This document shows, one piece after another, positions 24,191 through 36,985 of a DNA stretch of 64,000 bases. A program made the position numbers and the translations under genes. Each line of letters opens with the position of its first letter. Positions within the stretch are counted from its first letter, which is position 1. The DNA is from Octopus sinensis. Taxonomy: Eukaryota. The notes beneath the pieces were generated by a model. It saw only the letters and a program-made list of their open reading frames with translations. It was not told the origin of the DNA and ran no database searches. The stretch spans positions 24,738,001 to 24,802,000 of the forward strand of contig NC_043010.1 of assembly GCF_006345805.1 (NCBI RefSeq). The letters are read 5' to 3'.

Positions 24191-24344
24191 CCTTGTTAAT
24201 AATGATAATAATAATAATGATTTCAATTATTTGCCACAAGGGCGAAGGATGGAGGGACAATACAAAGACAGAGACAAAGTGTGGGAGTTTACATATAATG
24301 AAAGGGAAAGGAAATATACAAGTTATACAAATGTTAGAAATATA

Positions 24345-25475
24345 GCGGGGAGACATGCAGCCCTCCTGATACAGGATGACCTTTAGGGATAATCGAGGAA
24401 CTTCATTGTTCGAGATTTCCCTGAACACCAAGAGCAAGTGACCTTTCAATAAACTCACACGAGTTTCAACCCTCAATTTCCTTTCCAATATATCTGTCCT
24501 CATGCTTTTCAGCCTTGTCCATCAAACAACCGCTTTTGGTATAACCACCAGGCAAAGGAAAACTGTGTTGCCTGTCCGACTGAAGGAGGGTTGTAGAGCA
24601 ATCATCACTATGACAGCAGCTCTTCGTGACAGCAGCTCTTCGTGACAGCAGCTCTTCGTGACAGCAGCTCTTCGTGACAGCAGCTCTTCGATATAGCCCC
24701 ACAAGTCAGCAATGCCCGGACACTGAACGAGTGCGTACAGAACAGCTTCGTCACTCTGCGCACACCTCGGACAAGTCCGTCTGACAGCACATCCATGCGT
24801 AAGAAATGGAATGCGTCCCTTCGACAGTACGCGCCCAGTTTGGTAAACAGGGGTAAGGCACGACGATCAGGCGATAATATATGACGGAAGTGATGTAAGC
24901 ATTCGCAACCTTTGCCCGACCTTTCAGGGATAGCTTTCTCTCAGCCCATTTCTGGGTGTGATTGGCCACCTTCCCCGTCACTTCGTCCCAGTTCGTCGCC
25001 ACCTGGAGATCTGGACCGAACCAAGCTACAAGCAATTTGATCCAACGTCCCACGAGGTTATTGAATGGCGTGGATCTGCCTCTCCAGGTGCCGATCTACA
25101 GGTTAGCAGAATTTTCATAGTTAATTTTTGCCCCTGTCATCGCCTCGCATTCTTTTAGAGCAGTTCCAACCAGGTCTATATGCTTGTTGTTTGACATGGT
25201 TTTCCCTCGTCCTAGTTTGCGCGGGATGCTTCTTAATCCTCCAATTTCTGCAGTATTGGCTCAAGAGCCAGTACAAGCAAAAGAGAGGAGAGGCGACGCA
25301 CTTGACAGACCGAACGCATGATGTTGAATGGTTCCGATTGGCAACCATTCGCCCGAACTACCGAGAGAATGTAGCTGTATGTTGCAGCGATCCAATCACG
25401 AAAAACGGGACCGAAACCGTCCGCCGTGAGAACGGCCACCAAGTATTGATGATCGACACATTCGAAAGCTTAGAT
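24345..25475 (-). mobile_element. Degenerate L1/Tx1-like LINE ORF2 remnant (RT domains plus C-terminus, internally deleted)
   Basis: GFGPVFRDWIAATY...PFNIMRSVCQ..LSSLLLVLALEP (RT QGCPLSP region) and FGPDLQVATNWDEV...RKLSLKGRAKVANAYI. Confidence 0.85.
24612..24690. repeat. 16-bp minisatellite (GACAGCAGCTCTTCGT) x5
   Basis: Four perfect units plus one 15/16 unit. Confidence 0.95.
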
Positions 25476-26338
25476 AAATTTTGCTTCTATTTATAAAGAA
25501 ACCACTGGTGTCGCAAATAGCCAGGGAGTTTCTACTGATGTCTTGCAAAGAGACCAGACACCGATACCAAACCAAAAAAAAAAAGATCGAGAGCGAGAAA
25601 AAGCCGAGACGAAACCAGACAGTGACTAAAAGAGAGAGAAAAGATCAGGATCAGACCAAGAATGAACTGGACTTATTCTATCGACCAGGAGAGAGATGAA
25701 AGACAAAGTCGACCTCGGCAGAATTTGAACTCAGAACCTAAAGACGGACAAAATGCCGCTAAGGATTTTATCCGGCATGTCAACGATTCTGCTAGGTCGC
25801 CATCTTCCAAACTATTACAATATTACCATGCAAATATTGAAAGCTAAATTTGATACTATTTGGTGAGCCCCTAATCACTTTTTTCTTTGGAAAGTAAGTT
25901 CTCACTGCGGAGAATTGAGTATCCTGGTTTGAAAGAGAGAAATATAGATATATGCCCTGCATAATTACCTTTCAAATGAGAGCGCATGACAGTAAATTTT
26001 GTTTTAATTATTCATACTTTCATATTATTATAGAAAAAAAAAGGTTGGGTGGTTGTTCTCGTCTTTATAACATTTTTCTAATGAGTAATAATGGGTAAAC
26101 GGTGTGACATTGAGGTTTATTTGCGAAGTTAATAATAAAGCGTCGGCAGCTTTCTTGCAATTTTTTCTACATTATCATTGTTACACACCTTTTGTTAATC
26201 CTGCATAACGTATAATCTGGTACGTATCAGGAACCAAATGTATCGGATAATTGATTGTGTACCTGTAACTATGTGTGTATGTGTGTGTATGCATTTGCCC
26301 TCCACAACAAGCACACACACACACACATACACACATAG
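25345..26338. repeat. Inverted segmental duplication, arm 1 (partner 38199-39397)
   Basis: About 1 kb of LINE piece, unique sequence and SINE, matching the reverse complement of 38199-39397. Confidence 0.92.
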
Positions 26339-26577
26339 CTATTGTATTCTTAATTACAATAGCGACAACTTGGATTTCTTCCATGTTTTTGCTCTACTAG
26401 AGTATTTGAGTAAAATTGTATTAACGTGTCCGACTGATTAAAATTCTATTTATTTATTTGTGCAGCTGAGGATAGCCCTGTATTTAAATTGATGTAATGA
26501 TTGGATTGTTCAATTAAATGGAGCCGCTTGAAACGGTCGTACTGCATCCCTTTTTGATATCTTGTTGCCTATTTTGA

Positions 26578-26633
<56 letters not shown>

Positions 26634-28086
26634 GATGGACTTGTTTCAGTTTCCGTCTACCAATTCCACTAACAAGACTTTGTTAGTCAGCCCGAGACTA
26701 TAGTAGAAGACACTTGCCCAAGGAGCCACTGCAGCACTATTTTCTGCTTGAGCAGTAGAACCATAATTCTGAGAAACTTTCAAGGCTATTTCCAAGGCCT
26801 GCGTTTATTCCACGATTCAAACCTAAGCTAGAATTTTGCTTCCTTGTTATCTGGTTCATATAGGAGTAGAAGAAATTCCAGATGCGCAAGAGAGGCTAAA
26901 ATAATCAAGGCGGTGCTCCAGTATGGCCGCAGTCAAAATGACTGAAAAAATTTAAAGAATAAAAGAAAATTTAGAAAATTACTGTTTTATAATCTCACAG
27001 CGAAAGATATTCAGCAACAGTACTTTGGAGTAAAGATTGCTTGCCAACATAACATGGCAGTCCTGATTTAGGACGAATGTTGCTGTTATTTTAGCCCCAG
27101 GAGACATCGTCTCCAGCTGGCTTACATTTTCGAACAAGGGAATCTAGCACTCCAACTCAGCTCAAAACAATATCGCGATTTCCGGGTTATTTCCCTTCAT
27201 CGGCATAATAATTGTTCGGTCAGAGGTGGCGCTGCCAAATTCCCGTTCGAAATATATAGTTTTCAAAGTGACAACTAGTCACTAATCTATAAATTAGAAA
27301 TTAGAAAGTCACTATATATATAAATTACATGCGTCCTAAATCAGGACTACCATGCTATGTTGGCAAACAACCTTTACTCTAAAAGAACATTTGTCACTGT
27401 ATATGTCAGCCTAATACTTCTAAATTTACCGTTAAGCTGACATGCTCAAGAGATCTTTGGTGTTTATTCAGCAAGAAACTCCATAGTCGATTGTTTAGAA
27501 AACGACTTCAATGGTTAGTTGAAGGAAAGTTTTAAAATAATTAAAGTGTCATCATAGGTAGTGCATACACGTGAGGAATCGCTGTCTTCTTTGAATGTAT
27601 TAATTCAGTCAACTGTTAAAATCCAACAAGACAAGCGGCCAGTGTTTAAAGAGATCCGGGAGATATAAATATATTGCTATGAATACGCTGTAAAGTAACC
27701 AGCTTTCTTTCTTTTGAGATAGATCGTCATTTCACCAAAAACTTTCGATAACAAAACAAAGAAAAACAAATACAAAAAAAGATCAAAACGGGGAGCGGAC
27801 CCCCATGAACAATATTTAAAAGATTACACAATGCAGTATGGTTATTATCACTCCCAACTTACTATGGAAGCTGTTTTGATCGTCAAACTAGTCATGACAT
27901 TGTCACGTGATCAAGCTTTTTTGTTACATTTCTTTATGAGCTACGTGTTCGGTCAACAGTTACACTTCAGTGAATTCACATAACTAAAATTATATCACGG
28001 AACCGGATCAGGATATGCCACCTCATTTGCTTCGAAATACATACATACATGCATACATACATACATACATACATACAAAGGTTAAT

Positions 28087-28355
28087 ATCCCTTCGGTCAT
28101 GAATGACTATGGGATTGCACCTAGAAAGTTTCCCTCCGAGGCACAAGTCGGGTAAGGTTATTTATAGAAAACCAGCGGTCGCCCATGCATAGCAACCTCT
28201 CCATACCACCAAGAGATAAGAGCACAAGGACATAACCCCCGGTGACGTCACAACTCATTCCTACATTTCAGTGAATTGGAACAACGTGAAATAAAATGTC
28301 ATGCTCAAGAACACAACACAAAACCTGGTCCAGGGACCGAACTCACTACCTCATG
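28087..28355 (-). mobile_element. SINE family 4 with tail
   Basis: Minus-strand head ...gagttcggtccctggacc...gttcttgagcatgacattttatttcacgttgttcca... followed by a conserved tail. Confidence 0.7.
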
Positions 28356-28362
28356 ATATATC

Positions 28363-28395
<33 letters not shown>

Positions 28396-28411
28396 AACCA
28401 CGTGTGTATCG

Positions 28412-28591
28412 TTGGCGATTTTCTTCCTCCGTCTTTCCTTCTGTTGGACTTTCTTCTATTTCTGAAGAAGAGCTTTGCTCGAAACTTAGATTCCCCTTTT
28501 TTTCCTTTCCTGAGCGTCTGATAATTCAGTACTTGTACAACGTCTTCACGTTGTTGTTTTTTCTTGTCTGTCCTCCTTTGTTTGGATTCAC
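28412..28591 (+). mobile_element. ~180-bp short element with a degenerate hammerhead motif (paralog of 41989-42164)
   Basis: CTGAAGA-A-GAGC-TTT-GCTC-GAAAC at 28462-28485; flanked by dinucleotide microsatellites. Confidence 0.75.
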
Positions 28592-28689
<98 letters not shown>

Positions 28690-31330
28690 TGAGAGACTTG
28701 GTATGTGAAAACACGTAGTTGGATGTATAAAAGACAAAATAGAGTGAAAAAAACCACCACCATTTGTGAACCGCCCAAAACTATACAGGGAACAAGCTGA
28801 CAACTAACGCATTTATCAAACAGATTCCACCAAATCTAAAGATCACCCAGGAACAGAACGCACTATCCCATAACAACACTAGGATAAAAAGCACACCGCA
28901 AACCAGTCACTACTACCCCATGACCCAAAATTACTGGTCCCCACCGAACACAAGAAAGGCACAAAATAACACTAGGTCAAGAAACATCCCGCATACAAGA
29001 AATTCCAAACAAATATATACCGCATATGGAAATGTTACCCACATCACTAACCAAAACACCCATAGACACCTACACACATATAACAATCTGAGGCAACAAT
29101 ACCACCATTCTCCCGAACCAATCACATATAACCTCACAGACAGCTCATGCAAACAAAACTGCAACCAACATGTTTTAGTCCCAGACCAGAGACACCAGCA
29201 CACGGGTTGGAACCTGATGATCAGGAAAAATCGAAGATAATTAACCTCTCAACTAAACCTCTTTCAAGCACAAAAAAAAGCATCCTCTCAAAAGAGTTAA
29301 AATTCACCCCAACTCCACGCAGAGCCAACCAAAATGAAGTGAAGGACAGTGTAAAAGAATTCTGTACAAAATTAAAACTCACAGAAGCATTAACTAACTA
29401 TGATACAATACTGAAGATGACTCACTAGTCAAAACCAAAAGTGAACAAATCACCAACAAAAGAAGAAATAAAAATTTTGATGAATTCTGCAACCACATTG
29501 AGAATTTTCCCTACCACACCGTGAATAAACAGACAGTTAACTCAAACTTTAGCACTCCACAATAGAAGGAACAGAACTTCAAAATAATGAAGATATAACG
29601 ATTAAAGAAGCAGATAAAGGAAGTGCAGTGGTAATAATGGACACATTATACTATAGAGATCTAGTAATCTCCATGCTGAATGCCAGTCAACATTACGAAA
29701 AAATCATAAACTACACTCCACGAAAAATAATGAAAACCCTGTCCTCACTAATTAAAACCTATGGAAAAGAACTGATAATCGAAGAAATTGACAATTTAAC
29801 AAGCCTTAAATGCACACCTAGCCTCTTCTCTGGTCTGCCAAAAATCCACAAAAGCCAGATTATAAATGAAACCATAAAAATCACCAAAGACGTACATACA
29901 TACACCAAACCCAGGGGTCCTAAAATTACGACCCATTATAGCTTGTCCAGCCTGTTAAACACACAGGCTAAGTCTATTTATGGACATCTTCCTGAAACCC
30001 TTCCTTAAACACATCAATAGCTATATCAAACTCCTGAAATTCAAAGCATGCAATTCACAATGGAATACAATCAAAAGGAGCTTCCATTCCTAGATATACT
30101 AATTAAAAAGATAGACCTAAAAATAGATACAGACATAGTTTACAAAACCATAGACGCCAAACAATACTATTTAATTCATGCCACCCAAGATACACCCAAA
30201 ACAAACACCACTTTCAACCTTGCAAGGATATACACAATAGTGTCAGAAAAAAATACCTGAGACTTTAGACTGCAAGAACTCAAAAACACCCTGATTGGCA
30301 CTACCCAGTTCAACTCATAGAGGATGGAATCAGACGTGCAACACAAATCGACATAGAAACCTTAAGAAAAGTTCAACACAGCAACACACCTTCTCCGAAA
30401 ATACTGCCGTGCATATCCACATACAACCCCAGAAACAAAAGAGCCGTCACTATCATCACCCCAAATTTATCAATGCTTCATAAGGACCCCAAATTAAAGG
30501 AAATTTTACACACACATAAAATCATTAAAAGCCACAAACAACTGAAATCACTAAAAGGCAAAATTATTTTCTAAAGTAACGGATGCAAAAGTGAAAAAAT
30601 GTGGTAGACCAAATTGTACATGCCCAAACCTTCTAGAAGGATCAGAATTCCTTTCCAAAGAGGGACGAAAATTTAAAATCAAATCTGACTTTACTTGTGC
30701 CTCAGAAAACCTGATTTATGTTATAAGATGCTCGAACTGCCACCAAAACTACATAGGGACCACAGAATTATCGCTCAGAGGCAGATGCACTCTGCACCGA
30801 CAGCAGATTGCATTCCCAGAATGCAGAATGATACCCTTTAGTGAACACATTGAGAAATGCGCGAAGCAACTGCTACCACAATTTGAAATCTTTCCGTTTT
30901 ATCAATGTGCCATAGGAACACCAACACAAGTTAGATTAAATAAGGGAACCTACTTCATTGAAAAATATAAGCCAAAACTTAACCATTACTAGCATTTTTA
31001 AATAAGGAAACTTACCTCATTGAAAAATATATAAAGCAAAACCTAACCACCTCTAACATCCTATTCTTTCTAAACCAAATCATGTTAAATTAATAAAACC
31101 TAGTCATTTCCAACATTTTTGATTATCTCCCTTATACCGAAAAATCTCTGATTACCTTCCCCTGTCTGGAACTCTCATACTTCACATCACAGCGAAGAGA
31201 TGACACAATATCAGTAAAGATATTTGAGAAATTTGAAGAGAAAATACGAAACCGGTTATTTCTCCAAAAGCAATGTTACTATACGCAAAATTTTATAACA
31301 GTTTTCTAACATAACGATTTAAATATATTC
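28690..31330 (+). mobile_element. Penelope-like retroelement (RT remnant plus GIY-YIG endonuclease), with RT core deleted
   Basis: IKEADKGSAVVIMD, GLPKIHK and MEYNQKELPFLDILI motifs. The GIY-YIG ORF 30591-30992 reads CGRPNC..C...FTCASENLIYVIRCSNCHQNYIGTT...R...H. Confidence 0.9.
31226..31264 (+). ncRNA. Degenerate minimal hammerhead ribozyme in the Penelope 3' terminal region
   Basis: GAGAAAT-TTGAAGA-GAAAATAC-GAAA-CCGG-TT-ATTTCTC: perfect 7-bp stem I and palindromic stem III, but C3U in the core. Confidence 0.6.
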
Positions 31331-31374
31331 TTTAATTATATAAGAGTCATCTGTAGTTTTTGCATTCTATTTTG

Positions 31375-31829
<455 letters not shown>

Positions 31830-31870
31830 ATATATATATATATATATATATATTACTTTATATATATATT

Positions 31871-32097
31871 ACTTTATTGCCCACAAGGGGCTAAACATAG
31901 AGGGGACAAACAAGGACAGACAAAGGGATTAAGTCGATTACATCGACTCCAGTGCGTCACTGGTACTTAATATATCGACCCCGAAAGGATGAAAGGCAAA
32001 GTCGACCCCGGCGGAATTTGAACTCAGAACGTAACGGCAGACGAAATACCGTTACGCATTTCGCCCGGCGTGCTAACGTTTTTGCCAGCTCGCCGCC
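31871..32097 (-). mobile_element. SINE family 2, full length
   Basis: Reverse complement of 9391-9623; followed by (TATG)n. Confidence 0.92.
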
Positions 32098-32099
32098 TG

Positions 32100-32131
<32 letters not shown>

Positions 32132-32213
32132 TGTATGTATGTATGTATGTATGTATGCATGTACGCATGTACGTATGTATGTATGTATGTATGTATGTAT
32201 GTATGTATGTATG

Positions 32214-32247
<34 letters not shown>

Positions 32248-32848
32248 AGATTCAGTTGAATTAGGTACTTAAATTGCGGCTCCTCGTTAGGTCGGAATAA
32301 CATACACAACAATATTATGTAAATATCAAATTTGGTACGTAAGTCCCGGCCGAATCACAAACTACCTTGATAATTTAGTAGGTTGGCGTGACCACAAATA
32401 AGTTTCTTACCACTGGCCAGTACACATCAAGCAACTCCTTAATAAATAAACCTAATGGAGCCGCACACCCCTCTCTTGTTAGAAGTAAAGACAAGTGGGT
32501 CACTGGGGTCAATAATTCCTTCCCCCTCCTAAAAACTCTACTTAGCTCTAAATTTCTGTTATGATCAAATATACACTTTTCTGGTAAATCCATTCTGTCA
32601 ACTGAAATAATAGCTGAATCACTGTAAATGTTTTCGCTCCGTGGATTTTAAACTATGTTAAATCATTTCGAATGTCCTTTCATATATTTTATAAATGAAT
32701 AAATGAATATGTGTATGTATTTGATCTTTGTGTGTGTATCTTAGTAATGTTCCTTTAGTTCCTGCTCGCATTGCCTCCGCTCAAATTAAGAAGTGGAATA
32801 TAGCTCATTTGGAGCACTACAACTCCAGTCTGTATTATATTTTGAAAA

Positions 32849-32894
32849 TTGTTATTATTAGCTATCTCAAGATATAACTGTGTATTTTGCATTT

Positions 32895-32952
<58 letters not shown>

Positions 32953-32988
32953 CAAAATACACAGTTATATCTTGAGATAGCTAATAAT

Positions 32989-32993
<5 letters not shown>
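32849..32993. repeat. Perfect 48-bp inverted repeat around a (TA)n spacer
   Basis: TTGTTATTATTAGCTATCTCAAGATATAACTGTGTATTTTGCATTTTA and its exact reverse complement at 32946-32993. Confidence 0.95.
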
Positions 32994-33037
<44 letters not shown>

Positions 33038-33604
33038 GAGGGTAGAAATTGATAATAATCAATTAACATTAATTTAAACCAGTCTAGCATATCAAAAAAA
33101 AAATCCAAAGATTTAAAAATTATATTGCATTTAATAAGAGGAATGATCACTAAAGTGGATTCCTATACGCTAGAGATAGACGTCAAATCGCCTTACCACA
33201 AATGTCTAAAACGTATATTACTATATTCAAAATATAGAATTATAGAAATATAAAAAATATATATGAATGTTAAAAATAGGCAAGGACAAATAAATATATA
33301 CATACATAAATATAATGGAGTATAGATAAAAATATACATGAGGATAATGAAATATAGAAAGAAATTTCGTTTAAAAATTAAGGAATTCAGGGAGTAATAA
33401 ATGCTTAAAAAGAGTTTTTGGTACCATACTTAAATGAAAAGAAGTATTCCAACGATCGTTTCCAGTTTTCATTCTTTTTATTAAATCCGTATATGAAGAA
33501 ACCAGTCGTAGTCTGCCTTAGTTGAACTTCTTTGTATCTCCTGAATTTATCCAGCGTCTCTGGTTTGACTCGAACACTTCCATGCTTTCTATGATTTATA
33601 TATA

Positions 33605-33647
<43 letters not shown>

Positions 33648-33650
33648 ATA

Positions 33651-34500
33651 GACCAATCTCAAGATTAATCAGCCGAAATTGCGAGGATGATCCGGTTCTT
33701 GACTGAAGATTGAAGGCTTCCGTGTTTTTTGTATCGTCTTCTAAATGTTTTGCGTTCTTGTCCCAGTTTGTATTCTTTTACATATACATATATATATATA
33801 TACGGCGCCCGTACCCTTTTGGTCTTATATGTAAGTACTTATTTCTTTAAACTTAGTACGACTCTATAACACTGTCTCTCTCCCCCTCTCCTACATTTCT
33901 CTGCCTTTCACACTTTGCACTCCACTTTGATCTGTCTCTTTCTCGTGCTCTCTCTCTCTCTCTCTTCTCCTCCTCCTTTGTTCCTTGTTCCCCTTTTTCT
34001 CTCTTCATCTGTCCCTCTTTTCCTCTCTCTTCTCCTCACACGTGACTGACTGACCGATTGCCGGCCTTTCGTGTTTAGCAGTCGTCGCGGCAAGACACAT
34101 TTTTTCTCTCTCTGCCCTAAGGCATTTTTCTAACACGCCAGCTCAAAGTTTACTCGTCCTGTCGAAAGACGCCTGTCTGTGACGTCCTGTCTTTTTTATA
34201 ATTATTATCATTATTGTTTTTACGTATTTTTGTATTCTTATTCGTGTAACATCGTCCGTTTTTCCGTCCTTGTTTTGTATACATTCGAGGCTTTCTTCCA
34301 AGGAATCTAATGCGCTTCGCTTAGATTTTCCTTTGGGGCTGGCCAGATCGGAGCAATCTCAAGATTAATCAGCCGAAATTGCGAGGATGATCCGGTTCTT
34401 GACTGAAGATTGAAGGCTTCGAATGTCCCGTCCGTGTTTTTTGTATCGTCTTCTAAATGTTTTGCGTTCTTGTCCCAGTTTGTATTTTTTTACATATATA
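33651..34500. repeat. Repeat-derived unit with a ~140-bp direct repeat at both ends (33651-33790 and 34354-34500)
   Basis: caatctcaagattaatcagccgaaattgcgaggatgatccggttcttgactgaagattgaaggcttc occurs twice. Confidence 0.75.
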
Positions 34501-34510
34501 TATATATATA

Positions 34511-36350
34511 TTAGCTGACTTACCCGGCGTTGCTTGGGTTACTGCTGTTATTATTCACATTAGTAAACAATAAATATAACGACATATTCTCATAATCATT
34601 GCAAAATATCTATATTTTATTAGAAAATATCCAAATCGTAATGATTATAGAATTTCGAAGTGAAAATCTGTCAATGTTGAACCAGCTCAGGGTAAACAAT
34701 CTTCTTCGTGTAATTTTTTTGCTGGTATCGAAATGAATAAATTGCTACTGCTTCTAACTCGCGAGTAAGCAACATAGAGTTGGACGTGGAAGAAGCTTGT
34801 AGTAGAGAGATCAAGTGCAACTACTTTGAGGAATTGAACCTGAGATTTGTTAATTAAAAATAGTAAACTTTAGTTTCACTGGAAACTGAAGCGTCTTAAA
34901 TTCAAATGGAACATCTGTAGGTATGAGAGGAATTTTGGGAATAAAGACATTTCCCCTTTGTTTCTACTTGTTATGATTGTTACCTGTAGGACATGGGGCT
35001 TCATGGAAGTAACAATTAAGCGAGTTCTATTACATAGGTGAGATGAGTCAAGATTCCTAAGTAACATAATGGGAGCACCCAGTTTTAGTGACGAGTTATG
35101 TGGTGGCATCCCAGTGGGTTTAAATGTGTTCAGAAATTCAACAAGGTATTGAACAATCTGATCTTGATTGACTGTTGTCAACTGATGGAAAAGTCATTTC
35201 TGATGTGTCTATTAACTTTTCAACAAGTTCATGATTGCGTTTATGAACCATTTCATTGCTTGGAGCAATATAGCTCTTTCACAAAGCTGGTTTACATCAG
35301 TGTAATTGACAGACAAATTAGGAAATACTCAATCCATAAGGTCCCCATGAGAAAGTATCCTTTGACCGCACGTACTTTCATGTAGCCGAAATCTTGAGTT
35401 GAATGTTAATATCCTATTACCAATCTTAAGAAACTCGTATGATCACCATGTAGAAGTACTCTGAGGTTGCTTGTAGGATGGAGATTTTTCACGTCTCCAA
35501 AGGTACGATTCTGTTTAAGTATGCATTGAACCCATCAGCTTTTGATCCTTTGGGAATAACTAGCAACGTTTGACGAAAATCTCCAACAAGATGAATTGTT
35601 ACTCCTTGCATGAGCATGATATTGTTTTTTATGCCTTGGAGGGTACGGTCAAGTACCTCTGGAGCTCCACAATGTGACAGTGCGCTCATCCCAAACAATG
35701 AGGCAAGTTTGTTGGAGAACTGTTGCCATTGTAGAGATTTTGGAAATGTTGCACATATTCTTTATTATTGCTCTTGTTTCTAAAGACCCCGTAAACTATT
35801 TAGAAAAAATATTATTTGTAACTTTTTACGGGGTCAAACGAGATCATGGACTCTTTCCCTTCCCTGTTCTCACTTCAGCCTTTCTCTCACCTTACTTTCT
35901 TATACTTCTTCATCCACTCCCCACTTCGATCTAGGCTTTTCAACGAGTCCCTCATTATAAACACTGACTGAATTTGGGTCAGTAGGAATCATCTGGCACT
36001 ATATGCTTCTTGATAAGTTCTAATTGTTAATTCTTACCTGTATTCGCTGAAAATGTTTTTTTTGCGTGATATAACACCTCTGTTCATCAATAAAAAGACT
36101 CGTCTGAAACAGCTGTAGTGATCCACAATTCGTCTGTTGTTAGGGTTTATCCTTAATCTAACTCAGAATCTGCAATTCGTTTTGACGCATTCGCCGTTTG
36201 TGAATGTATGCATAACTGGAGAACAAATCCGTATTTGCTTTAGTGAATACGAATTTGTCATTATACATTGTTGGGACATGATTGCGCTATCACCAACTTG
36301 TCCTTGGTTCTTCCCCTATTTAACTGCCTGATTCTCTTGAATCCTGGAAA
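34511..36350 (-). mobile_element. Helitron remnant (PIF1-like helicase part of RepHel plus 3' terminus)
   Basis: EFLNTFKPTGMPPHN..LKLGAPIMLLRNLD...LCN.TRL, LVGDFRQTL and QLYVAYSRV motifs. The 3' end GCAACGCCGGGTAAGTCAG-CTAA is followed by T. Confidence 0.88.
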
Positions 36351-36872
36351 TTATTTATACATATATACATATATATAAAGTTAAATTTTCTTATAAAGTA
36401 TGTTTTTAAGTATACTTCACAATAAATTAACTGTATTACGAAGTGCCCATTGCGAGCTAAATCGAAGGATAAGGGAAATTATAGAAGGAACACATTCAGG
36501 CAATCAAACAGAAATTCAAACGCATAATTTAAAACACAACGAAATAAATATACATATGAATTTATAAATCAGTGAATAAAATTACATATAAAAGTCATAT
36601 ATGAAAACTATGCATCATGTACATTGGGTTCAGGTACCGAATGGAGGAATGGCAAATAAAGAGATGAAAATTCTAGGTAAGGGCTTCTAAAAGCAATTGT
36701 TCGAAACGATTAAGAAGTTGATGTTTATAGGAAATGTCGGATTAGATTTTAAAATTCAGTGATAAATAGGTAGATAAACATATACAGATTCTGGAGAATT
36801 TCGGGTAAAGGATATCATCTACGGCCGTTTCAGGGATACAATAAATATAAAAGTGTCGTTTTAAGTATTCCA

Positions 36873-36985
36873 TATACAGAAACATAATGCCCCTCTCATC
36901 AGGATAGTTTCTATCAAACTATTACCAGATAGGATTTCATTACGAAGGAAACCATCCTGATGAGGGGGTATTATGTTTCTGTATA
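36873..36985. repeat. Short hairpin / TA-flanked MITE-like inverted repeat (38-39-bp arms)
   Basis: TATACAGAAACATAATGCCCCTCTCATCAGGATAGTTTC versus the reverse complement of 36948-36985. Confidence 0.75.

Noticed and set aside
24612-24690. Short direct-repeat array as a CRISPR-like locus
   Set aside because: There are no spacers between units and the context is eukaryotic; it is a simple minisatellite.
36955-36970. CTGATGAG as a hammerhead core
   Set aside because: It is part of a simple inverted-repeat arm with no downstream GAAA and stem III arrangement.
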